Below, in pieces: positions 25,801-37,800 of a stretch of DNA of 64,000 nt (positions are counted from its first letter, which is position 1; every line of letters starts with the position of its first letter). The notes beneath the pieces are model-generated. The model saw only the letters and a program-made list of their open reading frames with translations, did no database searches and had not been told where the DNA came from. The translations under genes were made by a program, and so were the position numbers. The DNA is from Antedon mediterranea. Lineage: Eukaryota; Animalia; Echinodermata. The stretch spans positions 24,662,795-24,726,794 of the forward strand of contig NC_092670.1 of NCBI RefSeq assembly GCF_964355755.1. Reading direction: 5' to 3'.

Positions 25801-28800
25801 AACATCAATGCAGGGCTCGAAATTCACGCTAGCAAACTAGCATTTTGCTAGTAGATTCTTGATAATTGCTAGTTGAAAATTTCATAACTAGCAAATGTTT
25901 GCTAGTGTAATTTTTTTTAAAATACGTACTTTTTAGCTTAGCCACGCTAGCCGCCAATCGCTATGTCGACAACGGCTAATAGGAACCAATTTGGTGAAAA
26001 CAATTGTTTCATTTACACGCCGCCAATTTACGTCAAGGAAACGCGAATAGCACCATGAATCATGTGGTAGCATAGTTGTTAACGATGTGCATTATATTAA
26101 CAGCAAGCTTTTCCCCAACACAAAAGCATGTGCATTTAGTACGTCGCTAAGGATTACATCATCAGTCACCTGATTACAGAATACGCGATTATCAATTTAG
26201 GGATTTAACGAAATAAATATTTTGCCTACACAGTGGTCGAAGCGCGTATTTAATAGATTCGTAAATAGTAAACACCCCCCCCCCCCCCCCACTTAATGGA
26301 CTCTTCCAATTTTGTTTATGATCTCGCGCTCGAAGAACGTCTCCTCGGCACACCACGAGGTCCTGTTGTTTGTGCGATGGATTTTCTTATGCCTATATTG
26401 TTTACCTGTGGAATTAAATTACACACACTTTCGCATCACAACTTTAATTACTGATTTACACAGCAATGGGCAAAGGATTCATCAAAGAAGAATACGTTGA
26501 ATAAAAATTCACTTAAGAAATGCCGTAAGCTGTTTTCAAACTATTGATCAGCCCACTATTATTCCAACATCATGCCTCTCGCGATAGGGAATTTCCTGGA
26601 TAGAGACGAGTGGAGCGCGAGAGACGGCGGAGTGAGGCGGGCGTAGCGTGGACGGATTAGTTAGGGCCTACCAATTTCGATCGGTGGCAATTAAATTTAA
26701 TGTTTTAATTACGTCTGGATATAAACAATATAAAACTCAGTTTTGTCATCGGCAATAATATTTTATACATAGGCCTAGTAAATTTTGTTCCGCTTCAAAT
26801 TTTAAAAGTTTCGACCTAAAAAAAAGTGGGCCGAAACGTCTCGTCCATAGGCCGAAACGCCCTTGATTTGGCTAGCATGAAAGCATGTCTTGATCTTTTT
26901 TTAATTTGGCTAAAAAGGGTACTACTACTACTACAGCTTTGCCTAGCTAGCAAGGCCTACACCTAAAAGCTAGGCCTAGGTCTACACCTAAATAAATTCA
27001 GATTTGTGTAGAATTTAACTATTTTACCGAAAAAAAATTGTGATTGCTAGTTATGCTGCTGATTTTGCTAGTTAATTTTTTTACAACTAGCAAAGTTTGC
27101 TAGTCGAAAAAAAAGTAAATTTCGAGCCCTGCAATGTCTCATTTTCACGCAGCTACACGCATAATTAGTACAGTTTTGTTTTTTGTTTTTATTAGTTTAT
27201 ATGTAATTTTACTTTCTATGGACCAGAGATTCCGAAAAAAAAGATTGTATGTATGAATTAATATCAATTGGTGCATAACTGTATGGAGTTTAGTGAAAAC
27301 GAAATATTGACGTTTGATTTTTATTTTTTGGTGCCGGGCCGCAACCGTGTCGGAGTGTGAAAGAGCCTTTATTCCTCATCGTTGTGTGATCTTCAATTGC
27401 TTTACTAAGTGTGGATTTGACAGGCCTTGTCTTTTAAAAATTATAGATGCGCTACTAATTGCACTCCTCAATACATTCAGGGGTGCTGTAGGTATGCTGT
27501 TTGCATTTTTGTGTGTAGAAGTTTACCAAATGTAAGCGTATTGTAAATCGCACACCTCAAGGGCTGTTTAGGAGTGTGTTAGGTGAGTGATCGCACACCT
27601 CAAGGGCTGTTTAGGAGTGTGTTAGGTGAGTGATCGCACACCTCAAGGGCTGTTTAGGAGTGTGTTAGGTGAGTGATCGCACACCTCAAGGGCTGTTTAG
27701 GAGTGTGTTGGGTGAGTGATCGCACACCTCAAGGGCTGTTTAGGAGTGTGTTAGGACTCGCTCGCCTTAAAAAACAAGGCCTGATTTGATTGTTATCTTC
27801 CTTGTTCTCTTTGTATCAGAGAAGTTTTAGTTCTGAACAAAATGAAATAATATAATTTCACAGCCAAATTAACAAAGTGAACTATAAAATTAATTAGATC
27901 TTTAATTTTATTAAATACCACTATAATAGTCAACTGCCAATATTTCCACTCTTGTCTGACATCACCATCATGTTGGTTGACTCTTTTTTTCACTGCGTTA
28001 ACAATGCCTCCTTATTTTTCTGGGCATGAATGATGTCGCCATAAATGTATGGGAGGTCATGTCCCCCTTCAACATTGTGTCTTTGATTTTTCTAATCCAG
28101 ATTTATTCTGTGACCTTTCGTTGAAACCAGGATGTTTCTCTATTTATATTGGATCAACAAAAAAAGAACGTCACACATAAATTAATTAATTATTTGTATA
28201 TAAATTAATACTTCATAACACTTGTAATTCTATTAAACAGACATATATACATGTAGTAACATAAAATTTAAACAAACAACTTCTCGTTCAATAGAACCAC
28301 AAAATAATTTACATTATTGCGCAAAATTAGCATGTTACAAAAAATTCTCTCAAACATTTCCAAGGACCAGTGTGTACCCTGCAAATTTGCCCGCCCTTTG
28401 AATCCCACCTAAATCCAGTTGGACAGACATTAAAAACGTGTTAAGGAATGATTTAACTATTAACTGTTTGATCCGGGAATGTCCCGAAAGTTTTGTTACC
28501 GCATTTAAAGAGAATTGGTTTTATTCCGATTGCGATACAATGACAGAAATTTCAAATTTTCATCCAATAATCACTTGAAACTAAAATTTGTGTTTAAATT
28601 TTCATTTATTAAAAGCTCATAACAGGCAGAGAGTGATTTACTATCACTGATGACGCAATCACTACTTTTCATGTTCAGCTTTGGCGACTTTAAATGTTTT
28701 TGCAACGTATTTGATATGTAATTAATATCTTGTGTTGGCATATATCCAGTATATGTATTATTGCAGTACACGTTTTCTGCAAAATGTTTCGCTTTAATTT

Positions 28801-31800
28801 ACTAACATCAATATAGGACTTGTTTCATCACCAATGATGCAATAACTTATTAGTTCTGCTAGGGTAACTTGGCAAAACGTGTTGTAGTCTACTTATTTGT
28901 CAGTGATGCCGAACCATTCAAAAACTAAATGCATGTACTGAATATGATTGATGATGGCAATATGGATTACCACTTCAAGCTTGATTTTTCTTTGCAAGCG
29001 TTCCTTTCAAATAAACGCTGTATTACAGAGTTACTTACTACTTGTCTTGCAACTGTCCTCATTATCGAGGACATTGACTGGTTTTAGTTGACCTATGACC
29101 TACCTACATTGTGTCATGGCGGTCTTAAACTAGAATCTGCCAAAACTGTTGAAGCATGTGCCAATGTTTTGCGTACACACAATGAATGAACATGACATTA
29201 CTAGGTCGTAGGTCACGGTAGTATCAGGGTTTACTTGGCACCAATTGGTCACATTTAAACTACAGATTGGGGTCACACCGAAGAATTTCCTTTCACAGAA
29301 ACAAAAAAATGTACACACAGTGGTGCTTGTCATTTTTTAAGAATTTGCGCAATAATTTAAACATGTCCATCATTTTTAAAGCTTTTATCCCTCTCGGAAT
29401 GTTTATATTTATGGATGACGTACTATTTTCTTTCAATGTTCGTCGTCTAATCATACAATATTTATATGCTAGTCAATTGATAACCTTTTGTGAACGAGCT
29501 ACAAAATGTATGAACAAGATTTATGTTTATAAAGTTTTTGTACACGTCATTTACCCATTCACTACTTGTTATCTTAACATTTTATTTTTATTACCATATT
29601 TTATATGATTTGTAGTTTTATAAACATTAATAACCCATTCACTAGCTCGTGATGTAACTTTTTAACCATCTTAGTTTTAAGTATTATATTTAACCTCAGC
29701 CAAGGAGGTATATGTAATCAATCGCGTTTGTTTGTTTGTTTGTTAGCAGGATTACTCAAAAAGTAATTACAAGATCTTTACGGACCACTCCATCCGGACC
29801 ACGATCTCAATTCTTGACCAGATTTTAGTATAATTTTCAGACCTGCTAGTGTTAAAAGATAGGACAGAATTTTCAAAAGATGGCAAGCAGTCTTAAAGTA
29901 AACTCAAATTGCATTTTCTCAAAAAAACAACTTGTCCGAAAAACTTCATTTGTGATTTGTAATTTTAAAACATAATTTGATTTAATTTACAGGTTTTTTA
30001 ATACGAGTAGTTTTAAAAAACCTATTTCCTTTAAAATTTACTCGTTTGTTTTTACCGTTGCTGTTCTATTGTTAGTCAACTGATACTATTGTTAGTTGAA
30101 AGGCTGGTTTACACCAATTCGCATACACATGCTTGTAGTGAAATTAGCCTAAATCACACACAGCTTTTCCTGGAGAAATCTTATGTAGAAGAATTTTACA
30201 GTAGGCGGAGGTGCACTCTCTGAGTGGCTTTCTTGTATTGTATGCAATGATTTTAGCCATTGGATATAATAGATCTCCAGACTCTCTGTAAACTGTAAAA
30301 TCTCCCAAAACCAGTCTTTTCTTGAGGTCCAAAAGTTCCATTCTTTTACCATTAAAAACACATTTGGAATACCATGCTTTGTAGAAAACTGGACATATTA
30401 GGAATGCCACAATGCCATGGTGTGTCCAGTATTGGCAGAGGGTTGACTACTGAATAAACTAAAAATGAAAACATTGAGTGTTTATACATAAACCTTTAAA
30501 AAAAGTAACACAATCGCTGAACTGACTTGGTGTTCGCACTGGCCTATATTAGTTAATGCAATGAATGAATCACACAATGCAGTTATCAGGTGTTGGAGTG
30601 CCCTCACATATCATTTCTAGAGGCCAAACCATTGATCAGCCAAACGCTGTATTTCAAAACCTCAAAGGAAATTCATGATGCTCACGTTATCGTAGATTTC
30701 ACTTTCATTTTCTAACATGCAAACTATTTTCTTTAAAAAATGTCCAACTAATAAAGAAATTAATTTTTAATTATGATATGATAATACTAATTAGGGTGAA
30801 ATTACACATTGCAGGGCATTGACAGTCGGACTTTCCGATTGTTAGTCATGAAATGTTTAACTCGGGAAGAACTATCCGGAATTCGGGAAAGTTATGTTTA
30901 CATATACCTGGACAAATCCAGAAGAGGTCCATAACCTTTAAAAAATATTTACTTAGGTTTATTTTGAAAAATTACTCTTTTTTTATGTTTGATATAAAAT
31001 CTGACCCCTGTCATTATATATGTAGATTTCTAACTTCAAAATATGATACATATTGACGGCGTTAATGTAGTTGATCACGTTCAAAACCTTTTAAGGTTTC
31101 AAAGATTTCATTTAAAAAGAAATAAACGAGATTTAAAAGTTCTAAATTAATGAATATACTTTAATCATGATGGATGAAGTATGTCAAACTGTTTGGTCGA
31201 TAGAAGAATTATTACTTTAGATAATGATTAACAATATTAATAAGGATCTTTGGTTGATGCAAATTCTCTATAGACACTATGCAATTAAACCTTCATTTTC
31301 TAGAAAAATATTTGTCACAATATAAGCTTCTGTATTGATTGTTGAGTTTGGTTTGTAAGTCACTATGAGAATATTATCATTATTATTTATTTTCCAATAG
31401 TAGAGTACATTCCATCCTTTGAGAGATCACTATTCAGGGGACACTTTTCCATGATGAAAAAGAAGAAATATATTCACTTTGTCAGGTCCCAAATGTGCCC
31501 CCTTAGTAGGAGTTCTACTATAAATACATAATAATTCAGTATAACTCCTATTAAGGGGTCACTTTTCCGGACCCAACAAAGTGTTTTAATAGAGGTATCA
31601 TGTTTACCACCATTCGTTTCTGGTTCACTGGTTGACTAGACACAAACTAACTTTATTTGTCATATGGTATACAAAAATGTTCTTCCTTGAAAAGATAATA
31701 AGATAGATACATTTCAAATATTATATATTTAATAATCAGTTGTCTTTTTGCTCAATAATTATTCTATTTCCTATTTCTATTGTCTGCAAATTGAGAAATA

Positions 31801-34800
31801 TCATTAATTCATGTCAATTGAGGAAATTATAAATTGTGAAAAGGGATTAAAAAAAAGAAGTAATTCAGCTGTTTATTAATATTATTCAAAATCTACTTTG
31901 ATATACATTATGTAATGTAATTTTAGTAACAGTCATGTGTTTTCACCTGCTCTCCCGTTTATTCACCAACCGGTTATAGTTCTATAATTTTTCAAGATGA
32001 TTTTACTCTTTTCTATTTTGTTTTAATTGTGAATAGTTAGAAATCCAGCTTCTCTACAAATTATCATTTTTTTTAAACTTCTCGCATATACAATTATAAA
32101 ACAGCGAACAAGACAAATATCAATCAAAGGAAAGCCAAGAGGTCAACTCTTTAATTCAATTAAATTTATTTATTTTCCAAAAACAACAGAAATATAAATT
32201 GAATCCAAATTTACTGTCAACACCACCAGCCTGGTGGGTTGTAAGTACTCTCTTTCTGGTGTAAAACAATTACCAAACAAGTTTAAAACAATAAATTACG
32301 GTACATAAAGCCAGGGAAAAATTTGAACCAAAAGACATAAATATGTGTTGTAGTATAAGAAATACAACAATATATTACTTTAAATAAATAACCTTTACAT
32401 GGTTTCTGATAAAATATGTACAGTAACATTTGACAATTACCTATTTATTATCACTATTGTTTAATTAATAACATGTGTATGTTGTTGTTGATCTTGGCAG
32501 CGCTATTTGAAAGTTCTTATTGTGTTGAAGGTTCAGTATTGTGGTGGTAATATTTTTCAATCATAGCAAACAACATCCTTTGGTTACAATACTGTAAATT
32601 TACATATTAAATGACATAACAGATTTTTTTTTTTTTCTCGTACAGCAGTCAACTGACAACGGCTGATGATGAACAGATTTTTATATAATGCTAGCGCATG
32701 ACACATATTTATTTGAACTTCAAAAACCAAATAATCTTGAAACAAAATTGTTGGAAAAAGAAACAATTTTCTGGTATTGTGAAATTGGTATGAAATTTTC
32801 TAATTTTCATTGTTCTTTTAATAATATGCATCCAGGGATAATTTATTTGATTATACAAGTGACCTTATATTACGCTAAAAAAAATGCCCCCCTCAAATAA
32901 ATACGGTAATTAGTAATGTATATTTGACTTTTAAAGGTTATAATTTTATTCAGTTTAAAGATCTCCAAATCAATTATATCTTCTGTTCATTACAATACCT
33001 CTTATAGTTGACTTATAGTATTCCAAGTACATACTTAGACTTCCTGAGTCTCCAATTGCAAATCTGTCTACTATTGTATAACTCCTGACTATTTAAATCA
33101 CACTTTTGATGAATGTACCATTTTTTTTTAAATAATGAGCAATTAATCTTTTTTATAATATATTTTTATTCTCGGAATTCATACTTTAAATGTCTATTAT
33201 AAGACGCAATCATAAATCTGTCAACTGTATGCAACTTCTTAAATGTTTCATTATTTGTGACAATTTTAATAAAAAAAAATAAAAAAGTATTCAAAACAAG
33301 CTTTGATTCAATTTGAAATCTATCAAAACAACAAATAATTCAGACTTGGAAAACTTCACCTGCTATTCCTGTACTGTACAGTATTTCTACATATGACAGT
33401 ATTTGTCCAGTATCATAGGCAAATTCTGTAATACAGTGTAACATATGTATCACATTGTTTAAGTCAGGCTTCTAACCTTTGACACATGCTTCACATGTGA
33501 CGCTGTATTCCATAATTTTCCTACTAGAATGGACTAATTATATATACTGTACTATACTAGAATCGGCTAACTTTGTTCCAAATTTAGATTAAACATTGAA
33601 TAGCATGCATTACCAAGCATATTATATCTATTGTGTCTTAGTTGTGAATTTAATTAACATAAGAATGCTTAGTTTTAGTAGTTACTATTGTTACTATAAA
33701 GTTCAGCAGCCATATTGTGTTCTAAGTTTTACCGGCAATTAGCATATGACTGGCATTGTGCTGTTTTTAAATGCTCTAGTAAGTTTTGTTTTCTATATTG
33801 TGAATGACAATTCAGGAAACATAAATAGTCTGTGAAAGATTGTACAAGTAGATACACAATAGATGCCGGTTTCCTGTCTGGATTTTCCCGTCATGGTCAC
33901 TTTTGGAAGCATCCGTAATTGTCAGTTGATGAAATTTGTTTAGGGAAGTGAGAGCAGTTTTGATTTTGACAGTGTTTTCAAGATGATACGATCGGAAAGA
34001 TCAGTACATAGACGTCGGACCAGCATATCTAATATGTTGCTTTACCAGACAAAACTCTTGGGTACGTGTGTAAACATTCTTTTATCACTTCCAACGTTGG
34101 ACAGACCTTGTTTAGTTCTAATGTATAACTTGTCATCTTGAATTGGTGCTGTAAGCTTGCTTGAAACATTTAATCTAGTTACTGGGGCGGATCCAGGATT
34201 TTGAAATGGTCGAGGGGTCTCGACACGAAGTACCTCACTCTGGATCCGCCCCAGAGTTACATACCAGTATGAAGTTCCACTCGCTTGTCTTCTTGAATTA
34301 GGAACATGAAGCTATATTAGCTCCATGTTAGGACTGCAAATTGTGTGCAGTTACATTCTTTAGTCTCTGTCACAGACTGACCAGAAAGCAGCAGACACGC
34401 TGTCCTTAGCATGACGTACCAACCATTACACGCTGATCTTACTATTAATGTGCAAGTAATACTTAGTACTCCGACCTGCAATATGTACATTGTTTAAATG
34501 TTTATAACTCCCAAATCTTATTGCTTAACCACAATTGAACTTATAATTTATATATAGATACTAGAAACTTAACCACCACTAGTTCGACATTTGCTTGTTT
34601 TTGTTTTTAGTACTTTAATTTAAGGTGATACGAAATGACGTCACTAACGTGAAACGAGCTTCTCGTTTATGGTCTTGTGATGATGGATAGAAATGGATGC
34701 CAAGGATCTACTGTAAATAAAAAACATCTTAGAGTAAACAAATCGAATTACATAGATAAAGAAAATAATTGGCTAAGCAACTTTGATTGAACCTTGCGTT

Positions 34801-37800
34801 AAATACAGTATTATATTGGCGCTTGATGATGAGATGCGAGTCCCTCTGAACTAGTTTAGTAAGGGCATCTTTTAAAAATGACAAACTTTGGATCCTCTGT
34901 TATAGGCCTAAAGTGCATGGAATTGAATAAGATAGTGTAATGTAGTTGCCGCCCTCTAGGTAAGGGTAAGCGTGTGCAACATGGACGATGTGAATAAAGT
35001 ATAATATAGAAGAGTGATAAACATTACAATTTGGCGACGAGGATAAACGTGAATAAATGAGGATAGATAAATTAGATAAATGAGAATCGTAACTATACCG
35101 TCTTATATAAGTTAAATATCGTTTGAATAACCACCATGGCTACGGCGAATAGTAATATGCCTAGCCTGCCTGCATTTGATGTGCACGCCGATCTCGCCAG
35201 CAGAGCGACGAGGTGGACCAAGTGGCTGAAGCGTTTTGAGCGAGCCATGGTAGGCTTTGGAATTACAAATGATGCCCGAAAGAGAGCACTGTTGTTATTC
35301 TATGGAGGGTTAGAGTTACAAGATGAATTTGACACCCTGCCAGATCAAGATACTGGTGGTGATGGTGGTACGTACACACAGGCCAAAGAAGCCTTGACAA
35401 CACATTTAACCCCAAAAGGTAACATTGATTATGAAACGATAATTTTTCGGAGAATGAATCAGGAGCCTAGTGAGAAAATAGACCAGTACTGTAGTAGACT
35501 GCGTCTACAGGCTGTTAAGTGTAATTTCAATGACATTACCAGAGAAATTAAAACACAGATAATTTCAGGATGCAAAGACAGCCGATTTAGAAGGCGTATC
35601 CTAGAAAAGGAAAGAACATTGACACAAATTCTTGATTTAGCACGGTCTGTTGAGTTGTCAGAAAAAAGGGCAACAGAGGTTGAAGGAAATTCATCCCAAT
35701 CAGCTGTAAATGCGACAACAGAATCTGTGAATGCGATGAAGTTTACAAATCGTAGCCGTTCAAAGAAATATAATGGTACAAAGAATCAAAGTCAATATAA
35801 TAAATCCACTTACAAACAAAAGTCAAAACCAGCAGGAAAATCATCAACATGTAGAAAATGCGGTTTGGCATACCCACATGAGGCTGAGTGTCCAGCAAAA
35901 GGTAAAATTTGTAATTCATGCGGTAAACAAGATCATTATGCACGAGTTTGTTTCACGAAAGGCAAACAACAAGTTAGCAGAGTGGAAGAACAGGTGTGCA
36001 GTAGTGGTGCAACAGGAGATACAGATTATGCAACAGATCCAGAATATGCTTTTGTTCTCCCAGGACCATCAAAAAAGTTACCAACATGTGATATGATAGT
36101 CCACTGTAATAACAAGGTACAGATGCGAGCACTTGTAGACACAGGAGCGTCAGTGAACGTGATGGATAGTGTTTCATTTGATAAGATAGTACCCAAGCCA
36201 ACAATTGACAAACACAAAACAGAAATCTTTGCATATGGAAAAGCAAATCCACTGAAAGTAGTAGGAATTGTTAAACTCAAAATATCCATTGAATCCACAC
36301 AGAAGTGTATAGAGACTGAGTTTTATATAGTACATGGTAATACAGGAAATTTGTTATCATGGAAAACATCTCAAGAACTAGAGCTTGTCAAACTAGCGTG
36401 TGGAATTGGTAAGAGTGAAGATAGTGTTCCTCAATGTATCAATGACTACTCAGAACTTTTTAGAGGTATTGGTAAAATCAAAGATGTAGAGATCAAGTTA
36501 CACATCGACACAACAGTACCAACAAAGGAACAAAAACACAGGAGAATACCATTTCATGTTCGTGCTGATGTTGATCGAGAGCTGAAACGATTATTAGAAC
36601 TTGACATCATAGAGAAAATTGAAGGACCAACACCGTGGGTCAGTCCAATCGTTGTAGTACCGAAGAAAAATGGAGTTCGTTTATGCGTTGATATGCGTGA
36701 AGCGAACCAAGCTATCAAGAGAGAAAAACACCCAATACCAACGTTAGATGAAATTGTATCTGATTTGAATGGTGCATCAGTGTTTAGCACATTAGATTTG
36801 TCATCTGGATATCATCAATTTTCACTCCATCCTGAAAGCAGATATATTACAACGTTTAGCACACACGTCGGTTTGTTTCGTTACAAACGGTTGATGTTTG
36901 GCGTGAATTCTGCCCCTGAATTATTTGCAGCTGCAGTAAGAAATTTATTGAGCGGGTTAAATGGATGCAGAAACATATCTGATGACATAATTATTTTTGG
37001 AAGGACAAAACAAGAACATGACATAAACCTTAAAGCAGTTCTTGAAAGATTGAAGCAATGTGGAGCAACTTTAAATAAAGAGAAATGTTGTTTTGCTCAA
37101 CCAAAGGTTAAGTTTTACGGACATACATTCAGTAGTGACGGATTAGCTGCTGATACACAGAAGATAGAAAGTCTCAAGAATGCTCCACGACCACAGTCGG
37201 CAAGTGAAGTAAAGTCCTTGTTAGGTATGGCTCAGTACTTGTCACGGTTCATCTACAATTACGCTTCGATTACAACACCATTGCGAGAGCTTACTCATCA
37301 AAATAGCCAATGGAAATGGACAGGTGTTGAAGAACAATCATTTAAAGATCTAAAGAAAGCTTTAATTAGTTCTGATGTAATAACTTACTTTGACATTAAC
37401 AAGAGAACAAATATTCTAGTAGATGCAAGCCCTGTAGGCCTGTCAGCTATTATGTGCCAAGATGGTAAAGTGATAGGATATGGAAGCAGAGCATTATCCG
37501 ATGTTGAAACGAGATACTCACAAACCGAGAGGGAAATGCTAGCTGTTGTATACGGTGCTGAACATTTTCATTTGTACGTATATGGTGCAAAGTTCAAGAT
37601 AACAACGGATCACAAGCCATTACTAGGAATCTTCAAAAGTCAAAAACAGATGTCCGCAAGGATTGAGAGATGGCGATTGCGACTAATGCCATATGATTGT
37701 GAAGTGATCTATAGACCAGGTATTGACAACCCTGCAGATTACTTGAGCAGACATCCTACTTCAACAGATACACAGACAGAAGTTAGTCAAGATGTTAATA

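Noticed and set aside
27547-27755. CRISPR-like regular repeat
   Set aside because: Units are head-to-tail with no unique spacers, there are no cas genes, and the DNA is eukaryotic.
30144-30440. Overlapping minus-strand ORFs of 70-88 aa
   Set aside because: No recognisable domain and no convincing splice partners; may be a decayed repeat.
34265-34334. Extra minus-strand exon-like segment (tttgcAG ... g|GTATGT)
   Set aside because: It lies beyond the stop of the antisense model and has no identifiable partner exon; too weak to call.
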